DNA from: Mytilus californianus
Lineage: Eukaryota
Assembly (NCBI RefSeq): GCF_021869535.1
Contig: NW_026262690.1
Location: forward strand, 77,190,001-77,254,000
Reading direction: 5' to 3'
DNA: 64,000 bases
Part shown: one piece after another, positions 1 to 12,745 of the stretch
Layout: each line of letters starts with the position of its first letter
Position numbering within the stretch: position 1 is the stretch's first letter
The notes under the pieces: generated by a model
What the model saw: the letters and a program-made list of their open reading frames with translations, nothing else
Databases searched by the model: none
Told to the model about the DNA's origin: nothing
Position numbers and translations under genes: made by a program

Positions 1-197
1 TCAATAACAAAAGGGAGATAACTCAAAATAAATAATGTGATAAAATTTTCAAAGAATAAATTTATACCATTACATATTTGAATTTTAAATTTAAATCATT
101 GCTGTGGCTACATATGATACACTTTATTACTACCATATATATATTAAGTGCATACTGTGGCAACAGATCAGTCCATGACTCAATAACCTTCCAGGAT

Positions 198-1982
198 CAC
201 TGTTGACAAGCGGATGATGGTAACTGAAGTTACCACGATCCCAATATGGCGTGGGGGAATCCCCGTAAGATCTTTCCCTCTTAATTTCTTTGTTTTTACA
301 TAAATGTGGCTAACATTACTCAGCAGTCATTTGGTTATCAACATTTGCAATGAGTCTGTAAAATATTAACCTTAAACAGCTGTCCGTTACTGAAAAAATT
401 GTACACAATAAAAACGCGATGATGATGGTAACTCTAAGATGGGATGATGGTAACTGTCGATCAAAATAGTTAGGAGATGATGGTAATTTTTATATTACTC
501 GAGGTTTCTTTTCGATCATACCGTGTTTAACATCACTATACATGAAATGAAACACAATAACACATCTTAACTGAAACCACTATATTGGAGTATAGACCAA
601 TACTAGCGCAAGAGATAAAAATGTGTCGGGGAAACAATTTAAAATGTTTTGTAAAATGAAACATTCTTTAATGCAACAATTTCACAAACAGTGTTGTAAT
701 ACCAACTAAAAAACTATATATATATATATATGTTTCAACAAAGAATCAAATAATTAAACAAATGAAAATTCAAAAGACTTAGCCTTAAACAGATTTATAT
801 GCCATTCCTGTTTCTTGTCAAAAATGAATAGATAGATATAGGAGTTTTATAAAAAAAAAAAAAAGCTTTAATTTGAGGTTATGAAGGATAAATTAGAAGT
901 TAAACATATTTCAAGAAATGCTAGCCATAAGAGTATGGCTTCTTAGGGCATCACAATATGGGGTGGGGACTTTTTTTCGGGACTATGAGGTTAGGCGGTT
1001 TTAAGCTCAGAATTTTGGGATTGATTGTTTTGGGATACGGGAATTCCTATTTCAAATTTCAGGATGTCGGAATTGAAATTTCTTTAAATTCGGGGCCTCT
1101 GAATTTTAAGCTTTTAAGCCCGCGATTTCGGGATCAGACCCCATCCTCCCCTCAGCAATGTAGTAGGTTTTGGAAACAGAAACAGGAAATAAACATATAA
1201 TTGTGTTCGACTTTAAAGTGAAACCAGAGAGGAATCTCTGGAAAACATTTCATACCATTCAAACTTGTCAGACACATATCCTTTAAATCGACATCATATT
1301 AATTACAATTATTAGGCATATATGTCAGTTAAATTCGCAAATTCCTGAAACAAAATGTTAGCCCCAATCATTTCGTATTTTTCATATTCTAAAATCACCC
1401 CTCCTTTTTTCACAGTGTCTGGATCCACCCCTGATACCGATATGTAGTACTCAACTATGGGTCATTATATAGGACGTAATATGAAACGTAAATTAATTTA
1501 AGGCATTACGTTTGCGCGCATTACCATTACATTTGCGCGCAAAAATCATTACTTTTGCGCACAGTTTTTGATAACATTTGCGCGCATTTATTTGACAAGT
1601 AAACTCAGGTAAATACAGGTAATAATACTTTATATATCCATATATCATGGCTAAAATTGTACTTAGTTTGTCGTTTTATACAGCCTTTTGGCAAGTTACC
1701 ACCATCCCAGAAATCAGTTACCACGATCTTTCAAAAATAACATGAACAGTTACCATCGTCAACGTACTTTTTTCACTCTCAATTTTCTAAGTAATGGACA
1801 ACTGTTTAAGGTTAATATTTTACAGACTCATTGAAAATGTTAATAACCAAATGACGGCTGAATAATGTTAGCCACATTTATTTAAATCAAAGAAATTAAG
1901 AGGGAAAGATCTAACAGGGATTCCCCTCCGCCATATTGGGATCGTGATAACTTCAGTTACCATCATCCGCTTGTCACCAGTG
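198..1982. mobile_element. Non-autonomous Transib-like TIR element (long imperfect TIRs, 5-bp TSD)
   Basis: Termini CACTG..(198) and ..CAGTG (1982). About 190-bp arms (198-388 vs 1795-1982) are reverse complements, followed by degenerate GATGGTAACT motifs. Flanks are identical AGGAT at 193-197 and 1983-1987. No transposase ORF inside. Confidence 0.75.
957..1153 (-). repeat. Short GC-rich MITE-like repeat (same family as 35438-35549)
   Basis: The reverse complement of the right end (GAGGGG..GATCCCGAAATC) resembles the start of the 35438 element. The left boundary is uncertain. Confidence 0.4.
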
Positions 1983-2829
1983 AGGATGAAATCCATTCTG
2001 TTTTTTGTAATCTGACATCCATCTTTTGTACTTTTGTACCTGAGAATAAATGAATGATATACAATAGAAATATATATATAAATACATTCCATGGCTTACA
2101 TTTCCTACCAAAATTTCCACAATAAAGGGTACATGGTTGCTGCTTACCGGTACAACATGTACAAGGGAGCTATTGACTTAAGGGTTCTCATGGGCAAAGT
2201 TTAAGTCATCTCTTCAAAGTTTTATGGACACCATCACATTTTGTTGACCATAAAGGAAAATCTGTAAAAGATGACAAGGTATATATTCTTTTCATAATAG
2301 CCACAATCTTGTTCTTATTTTCCATTTTAATGACACTACTCAATTTATACTTGTCATGAGCATTATTTCAATAGTAAAGCAGGATCCACAAACTGTAAAT
2401 TAAGAAATTTTATTTTAAAGATTTTTATTAATGGAAATAATGTGACTGAATAAGCATTGCAATAATAAAAACATGCATTCTGATATCTAATACATATGTT
2501 TGTATGCACATTTTCCTGAAATCACACTTAATGATCTCACATTTTTGTCCATTCTTCCAAAATCGCAATAATAAATGTATGAATGAATGATTTCTGAATT
2601 TACAATAATTAAATATATTTGATCATTCCAAGAAAAAAAATATCCTCATATGTGAGGATACAATTTGTTTCAAAATAGTTCTAAACTATCTACACTTTGA
2701 TATTCAATAAACTATCTACACTTTGATATTCAATAAATAAACTGTTGACACATAGATATGTCTCACTTTTTGTAATTTTGATAGTATAATGCAAATGTTG
2801 AAATTAAAATGGCAATATTTAAACATGTA

Positions 2830-3410
2830 AACTATGCAAATCGTTCAAAGTCAATGAGCCATGACTGGTGAGGTGCAGCCCCAAATAACTTCCATGAAAA
2901 TGAGAAATGCCTATGGTTTAAAACTGCATGCTAAATACCATTGACAGTGACTTATCATAAGTTGTTACCTTTAAACAAACCTAAGCACAAACTTTAATCT
3001 GTAAACTTTGCAAAACATTCAAAGTCAATAAATCATGACTGAGGGGGCGGGGTCAAATAATAATCTCCATGGAAAGAGATGTGCTAATGTTAATACATCT
3101 GCATATAAAATATCATTGATCTACCACTAATGGTTCCCTTTAAACTAACCTAATCACAAACTAATACATGGAATCTAAGCAAAAGTTCAAAATCAAGACC
3201 ATGACTGAGGAGACGAGCCAAACAATCTCCATGGAAATGTGATGTGCCAATGCTTATACAACTGCATACCAAATATCACTGACCTATCACTAGTTGTTCC
3301 CCATAAACTGACCTAATCATAAACTAATACATTGTTGATGCCAATGCTACCACAGGAAACAGCATACCTAAGTGACACTTTTTTTACTTTGTTGATGTTA
3401 GACAAAAGTG
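2830..3410 (+). mobile_element. Degenerate HINE/Helentron-type element with tandem core repeats
   Basis: Three diverged ~170-bp units (TTCAAAGTCAA..CCATGACTG..AATCTCCATGGAAA..GATGTGC). Boundaries approximate. Confidence 0.45.
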
Positions 3411-4489
3411 TGACACCAATATTTTCTTTTTGTATCATCTTACCAACCAATTATCTTCCTTCTTGTGCTGAATAACAAATATTATTTTTCGTCTCATACC
3501 AATTCTTTTCCATGTTTTTCTTGTTATCTGTTTTCATGGTTTTCCAGCTGTAACATAGTCTGTGATACAAAGGATATGTTGATGGCTGAAAAATACAGAA
3601 TATGATTTTTAAAGAGGTGCATTAGGATATGATAAATTTATCAGCTGCAAAAAAAATTATTTCAAGGGTCTGAATAACAATAATATTGGGCAATAATCAA
3701 TATCACTGTAAATGATGAGGAATATTCTTAATCTTAAAGTTATATCTACACAAGACCAGATTTGCACATTTGATAATTACATACTGACACCTTGATGTTT
3801 GTCTTTATCTATATTGTAAAAAAGATGAACTCGATTAAAATCCATTGATTTGTTTCAACAATTAAGTTTCCTTTTGTTTCATGTCTTTATGCTTAAATTA
3901 TTTGATGTGTTCATTAATTAATGATTCCGACAATAGAAATAGAAGTGTTAAACACCATTTTGTAGATAATTTAATAAGGTAGATTTAAAAAGATAAGTTT
4001 CAGTGGGACAGACAACCATTACATCGAAATATAACCAAAGCTAGTGGTCGGGTGACATTTCTCAAATATAAGAGTTAGGTACCTTATGCTATATCAAAGT
4101 ATTTAAGTAAAAAATTTCAGAGACATTAGTGCCTGTGTTCAAACCCCTACCACTATGGCACTAAACATGCTAAAGTATTTTATTTTGCAATTTTTGCTTG
4201 TTATGTTTCATATTTAGGAGAGAAATTTATATACAGAAAGCTGTGTTACCCTCTCGGATAATATCATTATTATTAAGATCATTATCAGTGTTAAACAATT
4301 GATCTTCAACATGTTTTTTGTTGCTCATAATTCAAAGAAATCAACACATCACTGATTAATTTCTACTGCTACTAACACACAAGTTTAAAGCTAGTGAAGT
4401 TCACAAATTTTAGTAACCAGTCGCAAATTTAATTATCCAATCAAAAAAGTTTTTATAACGTATCTCGGATCGCGTTTCGATGTAAACAA

Positions 4490-7400
4490 ATGGCCACCGG
4501 CGGAAAAGCAGAAAGCAAGATTTCTGTTGAATTTGAAGTTTTTGGAAAAGTTCAAGGTAATTAAATTAGCGAGGAAATCAAGATATATCCAATCCAAAAA
4601 GCATTAAGCTGAACCCTCTTGCTGCCGGAGGGACACATGTGTCCACAGAGGAAGCAAGTTAACTCGTACCATTGTAAACTCGTACCAAAAAAGTTAACTC
4701 GTACCAACGTAAACTCGTACCAATCAGAACTCGTACCACTGCAAACTCGTACCATTAAAAATATATTCAAAAATATTGGTAAACTTAATAAAAAAAAGTT
4801 GAATTACTTGAATTTTATACTAGATTTTAATGAAAACTTAGACAAAAATACGAATGTTTTATGATTTTTTTTTTAAGCTTTATACAATAAATTAAAATAT
4901 CTTTGAATTTTATACCAGATTTTAATGAAAACTTTAACAAAAATCAACTTGTTTAATCATATTATTAAATTTTGATTGTTGTTATATAATTTAACAGCTT
5001 GGAATTAAATGTATAATGTTTATTATTAAATGAAATTCCTGATTATCAAAACATAAGCTGACATGAGTTGTCTCAAAGCCCACTTTCCTCATAAAATGGG
5101 GCATGTTTGTGAGGTTCCTCATAACCAAATTGGAAGACGACAATTGTATACGGTGCCACTCTCTGGTTAGACCCTGACAAGAAGCAATAGAGTGTGATGT
5201 ATGTTCTAAATGGCAACACAGAAAGTGCGGAAATATAGGTAGCTACAAATTGGTCATATTGTAATTTCAAATTATATACATTTTACAGACTAAAGAGGTA
5301 TTGAGTGAAATTAAAGTATATATTCATCATTAAACACCATTTGAATGCATTTAGGGTCTTTGCATCGGCACTAAACACATTTATTTAAAAACCAGTTGTT
5401 GGCATGACACGGGTTATGTTCTTCTCATATATGTTATGATGGTATGATACTAAACCCCTAACGGGAAGGATTGTGCCTGATATTCATATGATGAAGACAT
5501 AATCTTTCAATCAGTTTAATTGAAGTCTGGAGCTGGCATGTCAGTTAACTGCTAGTAGTCTGTTGTTATTTATGTATTATTGTCATTTTGTTTATTTTCT
5601 TTGGTTACATCTTCTGACATCAGACTCGGACTTCTCTTGAACTGAATTTTAATGTGCGTATTGTTATGCGTTTACTTTTCTACATTGGCTAGAGGTATAG
5701 GGGGAGGGTTGAGATCTCATAAACATGTTTAACCCCGCCGCATTTTTGCGCCTGTCCCAAGTCAGGAGCCTCTAGCCTTTGTCATTCTTGTATTATTTTT
5801 TATTTTAGTTTCTTGTGTACAATTTTGAGTTTAGTATGGCGTTCATTATCACTGAACTAGTATATATATTTGTTTAGGGGCCAGCTGAAGGACGCCTCCG
5901 GGTGCGGGAATTTCTCGCTGCATTGAAGACCTGTTGGTGACCTTCTGCTGTTGTCTGTTCTGTGGTCGGGTTGTTGTCTCTTTGACACATTCCCCATTTC
6001 CATTCTCAATTTTAAATAAGTTGGTATGAGTTTTAATACAATGGTATGAATTTACCGTGGTACGAGTTAGCAGTGGTACGAGTTTGCATTGGTACGAGTT
6101 GACATTGGTACGAGTTTACAATGGTACGAGATAACTATAATTCTCCACAGACTACACACTGGCTGTGCCGGAGTACACATATGTCCATGTTTTAATTCAT
6201 GCAAGTTTCTCAACCTTGCTGTACTCTTTCAAATGAAATCCTGAAGAGTAAACAGTGTAATATTTTTCATCAATGTGTCCCAAATGTAACGATCACTAGG
6301 GTGTGACATCATATATGGAATGACGTCATTGTTGCACATATGACGTCACAGACGTTGAGCTTTCATATTTTCTGTCACATAAAATGCAACCATAAAAAAC
6401 TACAGGCAGCAAGAGGGTTAAAGAATATAAACAGCAGTGGGTAGGTGCCTTCTTCAATTGTTTGCAGAGGCGGATTTAGTGGGGTGGGCCTCTGGGGGCA
6501 GGGTGCCCGCCTCCTTCATGGAGCTCATTTATGGTTAATTCAGACTTTTTACCTGTTCCACTACAAATGTTGCCTTGAATCTGAGTCCGTTCGCCCCCAT
6601 TCACGTTCGCATCCTGGGTCTGTTTGCACTCTATAGTTGTTTTGTATTGAACATTTTTACATGTGTAAAAAGTAAACAATTATAGGTCAAAGTACGGCCT
6701 ACAACACGTAGCCTTGGCTCACACCGAACAGCAAGCAATAAAGGGCCCCAAAATGACTAGTGTAAAACAATTCAAACAGGAAAACCAACAGTCTAATTAA
6801 TCTATATAAAAAACGCGAAACACTTATGAACCACATCAACAAATGACAACCACTGTTCAACAGGCTCCTGACTTGGGACAGGTGCATACAAATGCAGCAG
6901 GTTTAAACGTTTTAACAGGCGCCAACCTTCACCCTAACCTGAAACAAGTATAAATAATTTTTTTTGTATTGTTTCAAAATAAAGTGACAGTTTAAAAATG
7001 TAAACAGGTTTCCTTTAGTGTTTTATTCATTATTTTAACGAAATGAATAATGAATAAAACATTGTCATGATGATCAAGGCAAAGGTCATTCATCTTAGAA
7101 TTGTAAAAGAAATGTGGAAGATACCAAACGGCTATCAAACTTGTCACAATGACATTGCCACGACAACAAGGAATTACAGCTATCAGTTACGATATAGAGC
7201 ATTTAAATGTTATTCATTATATATTTCATAACACAGAACAATAATACCAAATTTAGCTTTGTAAATACCAATTAGCAGTAACCATACATAATTAATATTT
7301 AATAGTTAATCATCAAATCACAAATAACAAAGATATTTCATTTAAAAATTCCCTAATTTTTATTCATTAAAATATAGATATTTTGATATATACATTTAAA

Positions 7401-10400
7401 CACATCTAATAATCCAAATGGTATTTCAATAAAAATAGGGTGCGAACGGACCCAGGGGGCGCATGTGTGGGGTGCGAAGGTGTATTGGAAGTGAATGGAC
7501 CCGATACCTAACAATCCCTAAGGCTCAGGTCAAAGGTGTTGAATAAACTGTTACATTAGAAGGTAATATTCGAACTAAAAGGAGTGAATTTTAAATATTT
7601 AAAGAAATCTGTTTGGATTCTCCTTTGAAAATATTGTACATTTTTGGTGAAATCTAAGGTGCTTCAGAAATATTACATTCAGATGTGAACTGTCAGTTTT
7701 GCCAGATGAAATAGAAGAGTTGCAAATTTGACAATGACATAAGAGATACAATATGAGTTAGCGATTGATATATCAAAGTTATTTTAGTCAATTATTTTGT
7801 TTATGATTTTTTTGTTTTCTTTTTCAGGTGTTTTCTTCAGAAAGGTAAGTGTGATACTTTTATTGATTAAAATTTCCAAAAAAACAAGATTGAATGTAAC
7901 AGTATTTTTAACAATGTCCTGTGGAGTATGTATCATCAAACATGTTGAGCCAAGGCTCAGTGTTGAAGGCCGTACTTTGACCTATAATTGTTTACTTTTT
8001 ACACATTGCGACTTGGATGGAGAGTTGTCTCATTGGCATTCATACCACATCTTCTTATTTCTATGAAGAACACTGCTGCCAGAGCTTTTTGTATATTGCT
8101 TGTTATGAAATTAATAATATTTCACTGATGATCGGCCCGCTTATTCTATTTAAGGTTAAAGAACTTTCCAGACTTCATTTTTTTTTAAAAACATTCAGGG
8201 AAATATACCATCAGCACTTGCAAATGAGTTCACATTGGTCAATTAAAACTAAAACTTTATCAGCTTATCTAAACAACCTTATAAATTTATTGCATGCTTT
8301 AATTTTTGGTTGTTTTTAAATAAAAAAAATTTGTGTGTCTGGAGGGGTGGATTATGAATACAATTTTAGTTAGAAAATGTGATAGTTTAGAAAATAAATG
8401 CAAAATATTACTTCAGAGGTGAGATACATGTACATGTAAGCCTGAGATTGCTCCGACAGGCCATCAGACATCAAGAAGTCTTGGACTTGTGTGATATATA
8501 AAGAAAATAGGGGAAATGCAGTGTCTTAAAAACCTTTTATTGAACTTGAAGGTTTTGTGGTCTCAAACATAATTACTACAATGTGAAGGAAAAACATTTA
8601 AGCTGGATGTGCAAGAGAGAACATTCAAATGACATGTTATATAAAAGCCAGAAATTTAAGAAACACTGGAAATGCCAGTACCAAGTCAGAAATATGACAG
8701 TTGTTTTCCATTGTTTGATGTGTTTGAGCTTTTGATTTTGCCGTTTGATAAAGCCAGCTTTCAGTTTTGAATTTTCCTTGGAGTTAGGTATCAATTGTTA
8801 TTTTACTTTTTTCTCTTTATTTATATACCGGCCCTTTACCGGGTAATCTTTATTTTGTGTTTAAAGATCATGTCTTGGAAATGTCAGTTGTGGAAATGTT
8901 CTTGAACATCATAATCATTGTTGGAAATAATTTTTTTAACTTTGCAAAAATTGAGAATGGAAATGGGGAATGTGTCAAACAGCCCAAGGCTACCAATGGG
9001 TCTTTAACACAGCAAGAAAATCCAGGAAGAGCTTCAGATGGCCATTTTACAACAAAGAAACTGTACCTAAAACTATAGTTCAAATACTGTACATGTACAG
9101 TGCTAATGAATGAGTAATGATTCTAGCATTATAGTAGTGTTACAAGTTTTATATCATTGATATGAATTTTAAAATTCTACTTTTCTCTTTCAGTTTTCTG
9201 GTGCATAAACTGAAACTACTGTTCATTTTACACAGGTTGAACAACCAAAGAATATTCATTGTTTATCATTCTATAAGAGTTAAGTTTACATATATTTTAT
9301 GCATGGTTTTGTTTAGACAGTTTTACTGTCTTTTATTGATATGTCTTGTTTTATATAAGATAATTTATAAAAAAGATATATTCCATGCTTAATATAGTTA
9401 CATGTATATACAAGTTGAAATGTTTTGATTAATTACAGAATACTCGAAAGACAGCACAGTCACTTGGGATTGTTGGATGGGTAAAAAACACACCTCAAGG
9501 AACTGTGCAGGGTTCATGTGAGGGAACTGAAAGTAAAATGAAAATTATGTAAGTCTTTCAAGTGTTCTACGAAAATTTACTGGTTCAGTTTGTGGAGAAA
9601 ATATAACACAGTAGAATGACGCTTATAAAAAATATTGATTAGCAAAATTTAGATGGAATGTCTTTTCTCCCTATCTTTTTTTTGTCTTTTAATAGGGGTT
9701 CAGAGTTTTGTAGGTCAGTATTTTCAGAAGTATAACCAATACTTTGAATTAATAATATTGTTCATATACGCCAACCATAACTTGTTTGTATCATGGTAAA
9801 TACAACTATGTTTATTTTGTTATAGCTTAACAATAAATACTACACCGATTTTTCATGAATATACTTGTGAAAATGAAGATAATCTTAAAGTCCCAACAGA
9901 AAAAATTGAACCCAATGCTCTTTTCTTAATTAAACAGTTATCACCTGAGGATAATGATCAGACATTGACATCAGAAAGCAAAAGGAATATTTACATTACC
10001 CTAGAATATTTTTATATGTTGCGAAAGTACTTTTCCATTTCAAAACTCACTTAATCTGCTTGTGGTATATAAAAGGAATCCCAAATTAGTAGGCTATGTG
10101 AAGTTTTTCCACTTTAATAAAATGCTCCGCTGGGGCGCAGCTTGATACGACCGCAGAGGTCGAACCCTGAACAGTTGGGGCAAGTATGGACACAACATTC
10201 AAGCTTGATACAGCACTGAATTTGGATTGTGATTAAATATTTGACACAGCATAGGTTTCTCACACAGAATGAAAGTAGTCTAAGGACTTAAAATTTTTTA
10301 ATTTACCTATTCAAACCATATCATTATTATTTGCTTGTATATATAAATCAGAAATAACCAATTTAAAATGGAAAATTTAAAAAAAAAAAAAGGAAAAAAA

Positions 10401-12745
10401 AATCCCCCCCCCCCCTCAAATTTTTTGAACCCCCTTATGATTCATCACCCCCAAACTCAATCCCAGCTTTCCCTTTATGGTATGGTACCTTGCAGTACAA
10501 TTTCAGAGAGATCCATACACTTGAACACAAGTTATTGTCTGGAAACTAGAAAAATGATTTTTTTTTGCCCCTTTTTGGCCCCAAATTCCTAAACGTTTAT
10601 GGCAATTACCCCCAAACTCAAACCCAGCTTTCCCTTTGTGATATGGAACCTTGTTGTACAATTTCATAAAGATCCATACACTTACACACAAGTTATTGTC
10701 CTGAAACTAGAAAAATGCTTGTTTTATGGCCCTAATTACTAAAACTTTGAGGGAATTACCCCCAAAATCAATCCCAGACTTCCCTTTGTGGTATGGTACC
10801 TTGCAGTACAATTTCAGAGAGATCCATACATTTGAACACAAGTTATTGTCTGGAAACTAGAAAAATGCTTATTTTTGGCCCCTTTTTGGCCCCTTATTCC
10901 TAAACTTTTTGGGCAATTACCCCCAAACTCAATTCCAGCTTTCCCTTTGTGATATGGAACCTTGTAGTACAATTTCATAAAGATCCATACACTTACACAC
11001 AAGTTATTGTCATGAAACTAGAAAAATGCTTGTTTTTTGCCCCTTTTTGGCCCCTAATTCCTAAAATTTGGAGGCAATTACCCCCAAAATCAATCCCAGC
11101 ATTCCCTTTGTGATATGGAACCTTGTGATACAATGTCAGAGAGATCCATACACTTACACACAAGTTATTGTCATGAAACTAGAAAAATGCTTGTTTTTTG
11201 CCCCTTTTTTGCCCCTAATTCCTAAAATTTGGAGGCAATTACCCCCAAAATCAATCCCAATATTCCCTTTGTGATATGGAACCTTGTGGTACAATGTCAG
11301 AGAGATCCATACACTTACACACAAGTTATGTCTGGAAGTTACAAAAATGCTTATTTTTGGCCCCTAATTCCTTAACTGTGGGTACCATAACCCCCAAAAT
11401 CAATCCCCACCTTCCTTTTGTGGTATTGAACCTTATGATTAAATTTCATTGAGATCCATTCACTTAAACTAAAGTTAGAGTGTGATAACTAATGTGTCTT
11501 CGGACGACGACGATGACGACGCCCGATGACGACGACGCCAAGGTCATACCAATATACGACCACAAAAATTTTTTTGCGGCCGTATAAAAATTGAAATTCA
11601 AACCAAGACAAACTTACAAATATCTTTTAACAAGCTAAGTCACAAACAAGTAATGTGAAAAAATATAAGCAATGTTCTCAACAAGGGAGATAATTCATAA
11701 CTTTTGCAGTAATATGAATAAACATTATGGAACAATTCCAGAAGTAAAATTTCCATGAGGGAAACACATCAACTATAAGAGGAAAACAACAGAACAACAT
11801 AAACACTGAACTGCTACAAAAAAAAACGCCAACATACATAGAAACAGACTATTTGATAACAACTGCTATTCCTGACTTGGTACAGCACATTTTAAGAAGT
11901 GGTTGGTTGAACCTGGTTTTATGGCTAGCCAAACCTCCCGCCTATATGGCAATGTTAAAAATACCACTAAAATGACAACATTACAACTAAACGCAAGAAC
12001 ACTCAGGACAGAGACATACATAAATAAATAATATAATAGTACATTACAACATGTAAACCACAGAATAACAACGGACACCTCCCATTTACATCACAATAGA
12101 ATTATGAACTGTGCGTCACACGAATGTATCAAGGCCACATAAACTGTACCAATTTTAATGCACCAGATAGGCATTTCAACAATAAATGTCTCTTCAGTGA
12201 TGCTTGAGCATTGTTGAGGCCAAAATATTTGAATATCCAAAATCTAATACAAATGTTGAAGAGTGGATCAAACAAAAAAAAGACCTAAAGTATAGCTAAA
12301 TCCGGACAAGGAGTCAGAGCTTTGTATTTAATTTACTATTTGTAAATATATTTTTTTAATTTCAATTCTTCATAATTATAAAATGCAAAGTATTTAAATT
12401 TCAGTTGGTAGATCATATACAGTTGCATGTGATCATTTTTTTTTAATATATGACAGAACAAATTTTTATCAAATATTACAAAATAAATCATTCATGTTTT
12501 CATAATTTTCTTGCAAGCAATCAATTCTATTTAGATTGTTACAGAATTTATGAGCTTTTAAAAAAATGTTTTGTGATTTGTTTTTACAAAATTTAATGTG
12601 ACCAAGATCTTTTTTTTTTTCTGTTTACAGGAAGGAATGGCTCTCAAAAATTGGAAGCAAAAATTCAAGAATTGATAAATGTGATTTTAAAAATGAAAAA
12701 AGTATACAAAAATTTGAATATAAGTCATTTAAAATTTCCCATTAG
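4490..12745 (+). CDS. ACYP: Acylphosphatase, 102 aa, 4 coding exons
   Basis: Exons 4490-4556, 7828-7844, 9439-9548, 12631-12745; all GT-AG and phase-consistent. Protein [53 protein letters not shown]...WLSKIGSKNSRIDKCDF..FKISH*, containing the V.G.VQGV.FR active-site loop and GWV.N motif. Confidence 0.95.
4650..6143. mobile_element. Foldback-type element with subterminal AACTCGTACCA arrays
   Basis: Six (AA)CTCGTACCA copies at 4660-4755 and inverted TGGTACGAG copies at 6045-6130. 8-bp direct flank TCCACAGA at 4642-4649 and 6144-6151. Confidence 0.75.
5353..6013 (-). mobile_element. High-copy ~0.65-kb interspersed repeat (AAATTGAGAATGGAAATGGGG family), retroelement-tail associated
   Basis: Near-identical to the copies at 43661-44284 and 47386-48009; fragment at ~8945-9000. 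Confidence 0.85.
10116..11590 (+). mobile_element. HINE/Helentron-type non-autonomous element with ~150-160-bp satellite core (copy 1, ACYP intron 3)
   Basis: 5' TACGACCGCA sub-terminal motif, 7 core units (CCCCAAA.TCAA..GATCCATACACTT..GAAACTAGAAAAATGC), (GAC)n microsatellite, 3' hairpin TATACGACCACAAAAA/TTTTTGCGGCCGTATA, A-run end. Confidence 0.8.
12160..12203 (-). ncRNA. Minimal type I hammerhead ribozyme motif within a Penelope-like repeat remnant
   Basis: Minus strand GCATCA-CTGAAGA-GACATTTATTGTT-GAAA-TGCCTAT-C-TGGTGC. Stem I GCATCA/TGGTGC, core CUGANGA and GAAA, stem II GACA/TGTT, NUH triplet AUC. Confidence 0.65.

Larger units (their letters stand above)
4614..6417. mobile_element. piggyBac-type MITE hosting nested insertions
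   Basis: 13-bp TIR CCCTCTTGCTGCC (4614-4626) / GGCAGCAAGAGGG (6405-6417). TTAA at 6418-6421 and TGAA (one mismatch) at 4610-4613. Confidence 0.7.

Noticed and set aside
10445-11500. Regular ~155-bp repeats resembling a CRISPR array (also 15645-16700)
   Set aside because: Whole units are homologous with no unique spacers, the context is a eukaryotic HINE element, and no cas genes are present.
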